A stretch of 64,000 nt of DNA, from positions 760,235-824,234 of the forward strand of contig JBBCGO010000001.1 of the NCBI GenBank assembly GCA_037200925.1, in the 5' to 3' direction. The notes beneath the pieces are model-generated. The model worked only from the letters and a program-made list of their open reading frames with translations, made no database searches and was not told the DNA's origin. The stretch's first letter is position 1. The number at the start of each line of letters is the position of its first letter. Below are positions 34,062 through 41,608 of this stretch, piece by piece. Source of the DNA: Candidatus Doudnabacteria bacterium (lineage in GTDB: Bacteria; Patescibacteriota; Doudnabacteria; UBA920; O2-02-FULL-48-8). The translations under genes and the position numbers were made by a program.

Positions 34062-34137
34062 GTGGGATTAACTCAATGGTAGAGTGCCGCCTTGCAAAGG
34101 TGGAAGTTGGTGGGTTCGAATCCCATGTCCCGCTCCA
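34062..34137 (+). tRNA. tRNA with GCA (Cys) anticodon on a Gly-like body
   Basis: Cloverleaf: CCGCC-TT-GCA-AA-GGTGG anticodon arm, GTGGG-TTCGAAT-CCCAT T arm, 3' TCCCGC-T-CCA. Confidence 0.7.
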
Positions 34138-34235
34138 ACTTTTTTGGCGAAGACAACAAATTCGCCTCCATTTCCCAGCACGCAAGATAAGATGCCGATT
34201 GACGAAAGGCAATATTTTTGCTAAAATAATTAAGT

Positions 34236-34334
34236 ATGCAAAGATATTCTGCTTCGTTAAAGTTGGTTGGTTTGTTGTTGGTCATTGCGGCAATAGGCAT
34301 CATTGTCTTTGCTGTAACGAGCAACACATTATAA
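34236..34334 (+). CDS. 32-aa single-TM micro-protein
   Basis: Hand translation MQRYSASLKLVGLLLVIAAIGIIVFAVTSNTL; promoter TTGACG-17-TAAAAT at 34199-34227. Confidence 0.55.
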   Translation: MQRYSASLKLVGLLLVIAAIGIIVFAVTSNTL

Positions 34335-34347
34335 ATTTCATTTAATC

Positions 34348-34464
34348 TCCTCGTGTTTCAAGGCTTGTGGCCCGACCTGATCCCATCCCGAACTCAGAAG
34401 TCAAACGCAAGACCGCCGATGATACTTCAGTGTAAGACTGACGGGAAAGTAGGCAATGCGGGGT
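34348..34464 (+). rRNA. rrf: 5S rRNA
   Basis: ACCTGATCCCATCCCGAACTCAGAAGTCAAAC...GCCGATGATAC...GGGAAAGTAGG; terminal stem CCTCGTG/TGCGGGG. Confidence 0.93.
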
Positions 34465-34558
34465 TTTTAATTTGTCTAAAATATTGCGTGTAGATATGCC
34501 TGTAAGCACTAGACATAATTATGGATTTCCGCTAGGCTTTGGAACATTGGGAGGACTT

Positions 34559-34906
34559 ATGAAAAGGCTTCTTTTTCTGGTTTTTGGAGTAATTTGTGCT
34601 TGGTTTTTTGTTTTCGTCTTCGGCTTCGCAGATCCTTCGCAATTTCCAGAACCCTGGGTTTGGGTTATCATTCCAAGCGCATTTACTTTGGCCATTACGT
34701 GTTTCGCTGGCGCTGTAATGTCCCCATCAGATAAATTTGAGTGGCAACTGTTGTTTTTATTTGGAATGGCAGTCGCGGGATTAAATGCCACTTTTACATG
34801 TTTTTTTACTTTTCTGGTGAAATTTAAGGATGGAGGTAATTCCGGCCGCCTATCTGGTGGCAACAGTCATTTTGGGCTCGCTCACTTCTCTTTTTTGGGG
34901 AGCTGA
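34559..34906 (+). CDS. Hypothetical membrane protein
   Basis: GGAGG ribosome-binding site, about three hydrophobic segments. Confidence 0.5.
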   Translation: MKRLLFLVFGVICAWFFVFVFGFADPSQFPEPWVWVIIPSAFTLAITCFAGAVMSPSDKFEWQLLFLFGMAVAGLNATFTCFFTFLVKFKDGGNSGRLSGGNSHFGLAHFSFLGS

Positions 34907-35068
34907 GCCTTGTTACCCGAATCAGAAAAAAAAAGCATAATGTTTTCACGGCTGCGCGCAATGCGTAGCCTTTTTATTGCTGCCGGGCAAGCGATATGAA
35001 CGAGCGCTAGCAATACAGATGAATATGCGTATTTGCCAAAAGGCCATTTGAGGGTTATTATTTCTAAT

Positions 35069-35368
35069 ATGACAGAAGCAACCGTCCCAAAAAGCGAACC
35101 TGAGCTCGTCCAGCAGGTGGAAAAGATGTACTTCGCGGTCCAGAGAAACCTGACCATAGAAGCCAAGAATATTATTTGGCATTGCCTGGAAACAGCCAAA
35201 GAGTACTATCCGACAACTTCATATAAAGAAGATTGGGTAGGGATGTTACACGCTCTGCAGGATGTTATAAATGACTTTGAAAATCAACTGTCCGGGCAAG
35301 CGGAACTAAAGCTCCATGCGCTGCAAAAAAATTTAGAAGAACTTAAAAAGAAAGAGACAGGCAAGTAA
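35069..35368 (+). CDS. Hypothetical helical protein
   Basis: ORF followed by a hairpin and T-tract; no recognisable motif. Confidence 0.45.
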   Translation: MTEATVPKSEPELVQQVEKMYFAVQRNLTIEAKNIIWHCLETAKEYYPTTSYKEDWVGMLHALQDVINDFENQLSGQAELKLHALQKNLEELKKKETGK

Positions 35369-35492
35369 ACTGCTCCCCGAAGTATCGATCATTTTCGGGC
35401 CGCGCGCATGCGTGGCTTTTTTAAAGAAACTTGACAAACAATTGGCTCGGAGTTAAACTCTTTTTTGTACGAATTAAAAGCAAAATAAACAT

Positions 35493-35792
35493 ATGGTTCC
35501 CACCTATGAGGCCTATATTGAAGACGAGGAGTCAGATGCGGAAAATGACGAGATCGAAGAAGTGATCACCGACATTGAAGATGAGTGTGCCTTAGTTTTT
35601 GACAACGAGGCCAATGGCAAAATGCTGAATGAAATTTTTGACGCCGCCAGGGCTAATTATGAAAAAGACCGCAGCGGTTGGAAAAGCTTTTTCGGCGACT
35701 TGAAGTTCGAATTGATCGCAACTGATGATGAAGACAACCTGCGGGATATTCTCTCTCATCATTTAAGAAAGGCCAGGCTGGAATTAAGCTGA
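35493..35792 (+). CDS. Hypothetical acidic protein
   Basis: Asp/Glu-rich ORF; stop overlaps the start of the next gene; TTGACA upstream. Confidence 0.6.
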   Translation: MVPTYEAYIEDEESDAENDEIEEVITDIEDECALVFDNEANGKMLNEIFDAARANYEKDRSGWKSFFGDLKFELIATDDEDNLRDILSHHLRKARLELS

Positions 35793-37099
35793 TGCGAATC
35801 ATCGCTGACCTACAAATCCATTCAAAATACTCCCGAGCGTGTTCCCAGGACCTGAATCCTGGGAACATTGGTAAGTGGGCGGATAAAAAAGGCATCCAGG
35901 TGATCGGCACCGGAGACTTTACGCATCCCAAGTGGCTGGCGGAACTCAAAGATGCTTTGGAAGAAACCAAGCCCGGGCTTTATCAGCTCAAGGACAGATC
36001 CGCAAGGGCTTATTTTATGCTGACCGCGGAAGTGTCGTCTATCTATAAACAGGGCGACAAGGTCCGCAGGATCCACAATATGATCTTGGCCCCGAATTTT
36101 GCAGCAGTTGAAAAGATAATTGCGGGTTTGGAAAAAACAGGCGCCAATCTTAAGTCCGACGGCCGGCCGATCATGGGCGTGAAGTGTCCGGACCTGGTCA
36201 AAATAGTTTTAGATGCAGATCCCGGGAATGTGATCATTCCGGCGCATGCCTGGACCCCGCATTTCGGGTTGTTCGGCTCGCTTTCAGGGTTTGACACGAT
36301 CGAAGAAGCCTTCGGCGACCAGGCAAAGCATATTTTTGCGATTGAAACCGGGTTGTCATCTGACCCAAAGATGAATTGGCAGATCTCGAGGCTTGATAAT
36401 TATAGTTTGGTATCCAATTCTGATGCGCACAGTTTGCGGAAGATCGGCCGCGAAGCCAATGTCTTTGAAATTCCTGAAGAAAAATTATCATTTGATGAAA
36501 TTATCCGGGTGATCAAAGATAAAAACCCAAAAGAATTTTTGTTTACAATAGAATTCTTCCCGGAAGAGGGCAAATATCATCTGGATGGGCACGCGGACTG
36601 CAAGTTCTCCTGTTTGCCGAAAGAAACCAAGCGATTGAAAGGAATTTGCCCGGTTTGCGGCAAGAAATTATTGATCGGCGTTTTAAACAGGGTTGAGGCG
36701 TTGGGGGATAGGGAATTCGGCTTTATCCCAAAACGCGCAATTCCGTTTAGAAGTGTTATTCCCTTGGAAGAGGTGATAGCTGAAACATACGGCACCGGTA
36801 TTGGCAAAAAAGTTTTGGAAACATATGAACGAATGGTTAGTAACGCCCCCGGCGCTGTCGCGCCACCCCCTCTTAATTTAAGAGGGGGTAGGGGGAGTTA
36901 TTATACAGAGTTTGAGATACTCTTAGATTTACCACGAGAGGAAATAGTAAAAATTTCCGACCCGATTGTGGCAGAATCAATCATCCGTATTCGGGAAGGC
37001 AAAGTCCGCATTGAAGGCGGGTATGACGGAGTGTTTGGTAAAATCCATATATATTCTGACGAGGAAAGAAAGAAAGCCGAACAGCATAGTTTGTTTTGA
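35792..37099 (+). CDS. PHP-domain endonuclease Q family protein
   Basis: ADLQIHSKYSRACS, GTGDFTHP, PAHAWTP, ETGLSSD, SNSDAHS, EEGKYHLDGH, CPVCG, GYDGVFG motifs. Confidence 0.88.
   Translation: MRIIADLQIHSKYSRACSQDLNPGNIGKWADKKGIQVIGTGDFTHPKWLAELKDALEETKPGLYQLKDRSARAYFMLTAEVSSIYKQGDKVRRIHNMILAPNFAAVEKIIAGLEKTGANLKSDGRPIMGVKCPDLVKIVLDADPGNVIIPAHAWTPHFGLFGSLSGFDTIEEAFGDQAKHIFAIETGLSSDPKMNWQISRLDNYSLVSNSDAHSLRKIGREANVFEIPEEKLSFDEIIRVIKDKNPKEFLFTIEFFPEEGKYHLDGHADCKFSCLPKETKRLKGICPVCGKKLLIGVLNRVEALGDREFGFIPKRAIPFRSVIPLEEVIAETYGTGIGKKVLETYERMVSNAPGAVAPPPLNLRGGRGSYYTEFEILLDLPREEIVKISDPIVAESIIRIREGKVRIEGGYDGVFGKIHIYSDEERKKAEQHSLF
36841..36900. repeat. Palindromic repeat inserted in frame in the EndoQ gene
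   Basis: TAACGCCCCC...CCCCCTCTTAATTTAAGAGGGGG...GGGGGAGTTA nested inverted repeats. Confidence 0.7.
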
Positions 37100-37106
37100 A
37101 TATTTA

Positions 37107-37173
37107 ATCGCAATTCCGAACTTGTTTCGGAATCTCAGATTAAAAGACCCTGAACCAAGTTCAGGGTTGCGAT
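37107..37173. repeat. REP/RPE-like double-hairpin intergenic element
   Basis: ATCGCAA-TTCCGAACTTGTTTCGGAA...CCCTGAACCAAGTTCAGGG-TTGCGAT. Confidence 0.65.
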
Positions 37174-37241
37174 ACGAAACCCCAGGCCTTGACATGGGCT
37201 TGGCTTTTTTGATAGGTTGGAAATATCCAAGGAGGCGAGCC

Positions 37242-37538
37242 ATGGTGGGGAGTTTCGAGTCCGACGCGCAGCCGCAGTTCTGCTCCGATTGTGAAATCAA
37301 AATGGTCTTTGTGCCGGGCACACAGACCGACGGCGCCCATTTCATCTGTCCGAAATGCGGGTCTACGATGCCTCATCCGACTCCACTGCCGCTGATCCCT
37401 TTCACTGCCGCATGCTTCCAAGCCTTTTGGCTTCGGCCGCATCCGCTGCTGGGAAATCAGATCCCGGCCGACGTTTGGCTTCAGGGCCCTGAGATGCGGG
37501 AGCACATCAGGAATCTTCTGGGACTTGAATGGTCCTGA
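37242..37538 (+). CDS. Zn-ribbon plus MbcA/ParS/Xre-like antitoxin C-terminal domain protein
   Basis: CSDC...CPKC; FWLRPHPLLGNQIPADVWLQG...IRNLL resembles the DUF2384 pattern; AAGGAGG ribosome-binding site. Confidence 0.6.
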   Translation: MVGSFESDAQPQFCSDCEIKMVFVPGTQTDGAHFICPKCGSTMPHPTPLPLIPFTAACFQAFWLRPHPLLGNQIPADVWLQGPEMREHIRNLLGLEWS

Positions 37539-37640
37539 CGTCAGGGTCAACACGCGACCAAACCAATCGGTGAGGTCGTTCTTTTTTTGTGATATAATTT
37601 TGGCATGAGATGATTGTTTGATTTTGCTGCAGGAGGTTTT

Positions 37641-38456
37641 ATGCCAGAGGCGAAGTACTGCGGCCTGGATAGCCCGGCTCCGGACGGACTAAGGTTCCTA
37701 CCGAAAACGAATGTCTATGACCGCAACATGTTGGCGCATCTGACGCGCGAACATGTCACGATGCCCGAACCTCAGATCAAAGAATTCGTGGAAGCCGTCA
37801 CGCCCGATATGCGTTCGGAGTGGGATGCGGAGAATCTCTGTCGATTGCTGGTCATCCAGCCGCGGCAAGCAGGGTTCGCCTCATTCAGTCCGGAATTTGA
37901 GGCGTGTGAGGCACATTGGCGCCGCGACGAACTTGATCATTTTCGCATGTTCAGCCTGCTGATCGGTCTGCTGACCGGCAGATCAGCAGAAGCTATCGAA
38001 GCCGAGATGCGGCCGGAGGATCCTGATTACACGAATCAGAGACCGATCATCGGCCAAGAGCTTGAGATCGCTTTGGCCCTGGCATGGGACGAGTTCTTTA
38101 CGACCTACTACTACGGCCAGGATCGCGCTCTTTATCGCGCGCTTGGCCATCCCAAATTTTTGCGCTGGTTCAACCAGGTCATCAGGGACGAAAAGCTCCA
38201 CTTCGATAATTTCAGTTCGGTCGCCATCAGCTGCCATGCGAACAGAGCCTCGGAATTTCCGGCGATCATCGATCGGCTGGAAAGCATGGAGCTGGCCCGG
38301 TCAGAATCCCGCCAACTCGGAAAACGAGTCGATTTCCGGACATTCCTCATGGATCGGGGAAACTCCGAACAGACTCCCAGAGAGATCAAGCGCCTAAGCT
38401 CGCAATTTCGGAAAGCCATCACCGGCAAACTGAAGCTCGCGCAAGAGTTCGTTTGA
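37641..38456 (+). CDS. Ferritin-like (diiron carboxylate) domain protein
   Basis: Two ExxH motifs (WRRDELDH, IRDEKLH) with upstream Glu ligands; AGGAGG ribosome-binding site. Confidence 0.7.
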   Translation: MPEAKYCGLDSPAPDGLRFLPKTNVYDRNMLAHLTREHVTMPEPQIKEFVEAVTPDMRSEWDAENLCRLLVIQPRQAGFASFSPEFEACEAHWRRDELDHFRMFSLLIGLLTGRSAEAIEAEMRPEDPDYTNQRPIIGQELEIALALAWDEFFTTYYYGQDRALYRALGHPKFLRWFNQVIRDEKLHFDNFSSVAISCHANRASEFPAIIDRLESMELARSESRQLGKRVDFRTFLMDRGNSEQTPREIKRLSSQFRKAITGKLKLAQEFV

Positions 38457-38562
38457 TTAAAGCGGCCAAACCCGACAACGGGCGAGGTCGTTTTTTATTT
38501 CTGCTGAAGCATTGACATATGTCCGGGTTTTTGCTAGGGTTGGGGTTGTAAGGAGGCTCGGC

Positions 38563-38763
38563 ATGAGTACGTTTCGACTTCCGGCAGAAGTGAGCCTGAT
38601 GATTGGAATGGCGATTCCTAGAGATAAGCGCAGGCAGTTTTGGACAATGCGCAATGAGCTGCTTGGCAATCAAAGCCCTCAGCAGATCTGGCGTTCAGGC
38701 GCTGCGGGCCGAAAGAAGATCCGTGAGTTTATCCTCGCGGCCAAAAGCGGGGACATAACATGA
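38563..38763 (+). CDS. Stand-alone MbcA/ParS/Xre-like antitoxin C-terminal domain
   Basis: FWTMRNELLGNQSPQQIWRSGAAGRKKIREFI...SGD; aligns with the C-terminus of 37242..37538. Confidence 0.6.
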   Translation: MSTFRLPAEVSLMIGMAIPRDKRRQFWTMRNELLGNQSPQQIWRSGAAGRKKIREFILAAKSGDIT

Positions 38764-38890
38764 CGGACAGCGGCTAAGCCCACGGGCGAGGTCGTTCTTT
38801 TTTTTGTTTCTGCGGAGCATTGACTAATGCTTGGTTTTCTGATATACTTTATTGTTCAGCGAATTTCCGCTGGCATCCAAGGAGGAGCAT

Positions 38891-39259
38891 TTGGCAAAAA
38901 AACGATACCCAAAGTCAAAGTTGCGGACGTATAAAAATCCCGATAACCTAAAGACGGCGGAGCGAGCTGAGCGTGAAGCCAAATTGCTCCGGAGATTGGA
39001 TCAACGCGCTTTATTTATACCGGCTTCGCTGATGCTGTCTTGTAATGTCCTCACACCCGAAGGCCGCATGAGGATATTTGGTTTGGGCAGGCTTGAGACT
39101 GACAGTTTCGGATCAGACATCAAAGGTCTGAGCACCGACTCGAATGTACTGCGAATCATAAAGGAGCGTCTGGCTCAGAAGATTCGTCCGGGAGAGCAGG
39201 AAGTGGTGGTCACTCTTCGCTTAGGGAAGAAAGGACAGGGGGTTCGAGTCCGTCTGTAA
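38891..39259 (+). CDS. Hypothetical basic protein
   Basis: Own promoter TTGACT-17-TATACT (38820-48), AAGGAGG and TTG start. Confidence 0.55.
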   Translation: MAKKRYPKSKLRTYKNPDNLKTAERAEREAKLLRRLDQRALFIPASLMLSCNVLTPEGRMRIFGLGRLETDSFGSDIKGLSTDSNVLRIIKERLAQKIRPGEQEVVVTLRLGKKGQGVRVRL

Positions 39260-39336
39260 TTGATGTTGCTTTATGCGACCAAACCCCGATAACGGGCGAG
39301 GTCGTTCTTTTTTTGTTTTTTTGATATACTTAGCCC

Positions 39337-40080
39337 ATGCAAAAATATATCGCTGTTGTAAATCCGCGGATGGATGATGACGAAATTTCCAGTCTGATCG
39401 CCAAAGATATTGCCGGCGCGCTTTTTGAGATCTCACATCAAAATTATCCGCTGGCCGCGAAGATCATTCGGCAGATAAAAGAGCAAAGCGCTTTGCATAA
39501 CCGGCCGATCAGCATTATCCAGGATGTTTCGAACATGGAAGACCCGCTTGATCTGCAATTTGGGCTGCGAAGCGGGGTGGATTGGGTGGCAACTGACCGC
39601 CCTGAGCACGTTAGATTGTCCAAAGGGTTTAATAAACTGCCTGGTGTGATCTTTAAAGGCCGCGATCTGCCGAAACGCCTGCGCGTGGATAGTGTCATGG
39701 CGGACGGTTTTTTGGATCCTGATGCTGAAGTTATCGGGATGCAAAATGGGCAGATCAAGCACTTGATCTCGGAACATCCTGACCAACGGGTTTTGGATGC
39801 ATTAGCAGATATCCTATCTTATGCCGCAACTTCGGCAATCGCTGTGTCTGATCTTGACCTGGCGAAGGCTTTGTCTTTCAGGCGTGCCAGTAAGAAAATA
39901 TTTTTTGCACCCAAGGATAAGAGTGCTGCAGCCCGGGGCGGGATTTATTGGGGTGTTTATCCGATCTATATGGGCAACGATCTTATTTCGAGCCTCAAAA
40001 ATACCCGGTTTGTAAAAAAAGGAGAACGCATGGTGGATGCCACTAATATTAAGCATGTTGCAATTCATTCGATCCCATGA
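39337..40080 (+). CDS. Truncated, degenerate pyruvate-kinase-like protein
   Basis: N-terminus resembles the PK barrel start (ISH...RPISIIQD...DLQFGLRSGVDWVA); C-terminus resembles the PK C domain (IYWGVYPI...VKKGERMV). Confidence 0.55.
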   Translation: MQKYIAVVNPRMDDDEISSLIAKDIAGALFEISHQNYPLAAKIIRQIKEQSALHNRPISIIQDVSNMEDPLDLQFGLRSGVDWVATDRPEHVRLSKGFNKLPGVIFKGRDLPKRLRVDSVMADGFLDPDAEVIGMQNGQIKHLISEHPDQRVLDALADILSYAATSAIAVSDLDLAKALSFRRASKKIFFAPKDKSAAARGGIYWGVYPIYMGNDLISSLKNTRFVKKGERMVDATNIKHVAIHSIP

Positions 40081-40679
40081 GCAAAAAAAAGATCAAAGCC
40101 ATAATTTTTGATTTCGGCGGTGTGGTGGCGTACGGCGGATATTTGGATTTTATCAGGCATTATTGCGTGGAATGCATGACGCCTTCCGGCATGAAAAAGA
40201 TTAATAAGATGGAACACCAGGTGAATCTTGGGAATATATCCCAAACGGAATTTTACCGCGAGATAGCAAAGATCTTTCATGTGCATTTGACCCCTGCTCG
40301 CATGCATCGTTTGATAGTGAATAAAATGCAAACCAACTCATCTTTGGTTCGCTTGATCCCAAAATTGAAGAAAGCCAAAATTATTCTATTCAGCAATTCC
40401 ATAGGCTACATGGCCGCGGAAGTTATGAAAGCGAGACATCTGAGCAGTAAAAAATTATTTGACCGCGTGTTCTTATCCAACATCATGCATCTGGCCAAGC
40501 CGGACGAAAAATCTTACGAGTTTGTTCTGAAAAAACTTAAAGTAAAACCCGCCGAATCGCTGATGGTAGACGATAGAATAGAAAACATTCTGCCCGCTAA
40601 GCGACTGGGCATGAACGGTATCGTTTTCAAAAACACCCGGCAATTTGCCGGGGAATTAAAAAAATACGAGTTGATTTAG
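40077..40679 (+). CDS. HAD-superfamily phosphatase (YihX-like)
   Basis: IIFDFGGV, FSN, AKPD, MVDDRIENI...GMNGI motifs. Confidence 0.88.
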   Translation: MSKKKIKAIIFDFGGVVAYGGYLDFIRHYCVECMTPSGMKKINKMEHQVNLGNISQTEFYREIAKIFHVHLTPARMHRLIVNKMQTNSSLVRLIPKLKKAKIILFSNSIGYMAAEVMKARHLSSKKLFDRVFLSNIMHLAKPDEKSYEFVLKKLKVKPAESLMVDDRIENILPAKRLGMNGIVFKNTRQFAGELKKYELI

Positions 40680-40741
40680 AGTTGATTTCTATGCCGAAAT
40701 AAGCTACAATGAGGCGACTAAACGCCTTATTTTGTTAAATA

Positions 40742-40829
40742 GGAAGGGTCGCATAGTGGCCTAGTGCACGCGCTTGGAAAGCGCGCATACCGCAAGGTAT
40801 CGGGAGTTCGAATCTCCCCCCTTCCGCCA
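40742..40829 (+). tRNA. tRNA-Ser(GGA)
   Basis: GGAAGGG/CCCTTCC-G-CCA, anticodon arm CGCGC-TT-GGA-AA-GCGCG, long variable arm ATACC-GCAA-GGTAT. Confidence 0.95.
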
Positions 40830-40840
40830 GAGAATTTATA

Positions 40841-41116
40841 ATGGAAGAAATAATTTTAAAAGAACTACTGGTCATTCCAGGTATCGGAAAAAGCATTGCG
40901 CAAGATTTATTTGATCTGGGAATCAGAAAGGTTTCGGACTTGAAGGGCAAAGATCCGGAGAAACTTTATAAAGATTTTTGCTATCTGCAAGGGCAGCAGA
41001 TAGACAGATGTTTATTGTATGTTTTTCGGGGAGCAGTTTATTTCGCCAGCCATAAAACTCACGATCCTGAAAAATTAAAGTGGTGGAACTGGAAAGATCA
41101 AAATGGCGGAAGATAA
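40841..41116 (+). CDS. Small helix-hairpin-helix protein (Cdd1-like)
   Basis: IPGIGKSIAQDL...LKGKDPEKLY...DRCLLYVFR...KWWNWKD. Confidence 0.8.
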   Translation: MEEIILKELLVIPGIGKSIAQDLFDLGIRKVSDLKGKDPEKLYKDFCYLQGQQIDRCLLYVFRGAVYFASHKTHDPEKLKWWNWKDQNGGR

Positions 41117-41552
41117 GAAAAAATGGAAGCGGGAGATCTCGGCCGGCGGCGTTGTTTATAAGAAACAAAAGGGCCAGATTTTCGTATTAATGATCATGCC
41201 TACGGGCAGAAAGTACGGTCCACCCGAGGGCTACTGGGCTTTTCCCAAAGGCAAAATAGACGAAGGGGAGGACAAGAGGCATGCCGCGCTGCGGGAAGTT
41301 AAGGAAGAAACAGGCGTGCAGGCAAAGATCATGGAAGATCTGAGCTATGTTAAGTTTTTTCGAAATTACGACCAGACGCTTAAGTTTGTCCATTATTTTT
41401 TGATGGAATATGCCTTGGGCAAGCTTGCTGACCACGACAGGGAAGTCGCAAAGGTGAAGTGGTTCAAATTAAGCGAGATTGAATCTCATCTGAAATGGCC
41501 TGCTGATAAAGAAGTTTTTGAGAGAGCGAAGAAAATATTAGAAAATGTCTAA
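41103..41552 (+). CDS. NUDIX hydrolase
   Basis: Nudix box GKIDEGEDKRHAALREVKEETG; SAGGVV. Confidence 0.92.
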   Translation: MAEDKKKWKREISAGGVVYKKQKGQIFVLMIMPTGRKYGPPEGYWAFPKGKIDEGEDKRHAALREVKEETGVQAKIMEDLSYVKFFRNYDQTLKFVHYFLMEYALGKLADHDREVAKVKWFKLSEIESHLKWPADKEVFERAKKILENV

Positions 41553-41608
41553 AGGTCTAATTTCTGAATTTCTAAATTAGGCATTCAGGACTTGAGAAAT
41601 TTTCGTTT

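Larger units (their letters stand above)
37554..39314 (+). repeat. Four copies of a conserved terminator-like element (37554, 38462, 38770, 39275)
   Basis: GCG[A/G]C[C/T]AA-[A/G]CC...GG[T/C]GAGGTCGTT plus T-tract after each of four consecutive genes. Confidence 0.85.

Noticed and set aside
34062-34137. Reading this gene as the usual spacer tRNA-Ala(TGC)
   Set aside because: The 7-nt loop TT-GCA-AA centres on GCA, and the acceptor lacks G3:U70 and A73.
37554-39314. CRISPR array or integron attC sites
   Set aside because: Spacing is gene-sized and irregular, repeats end in T-tracts like terminators, attC core-site pairs are not evident, and there are no cas or intI genes.
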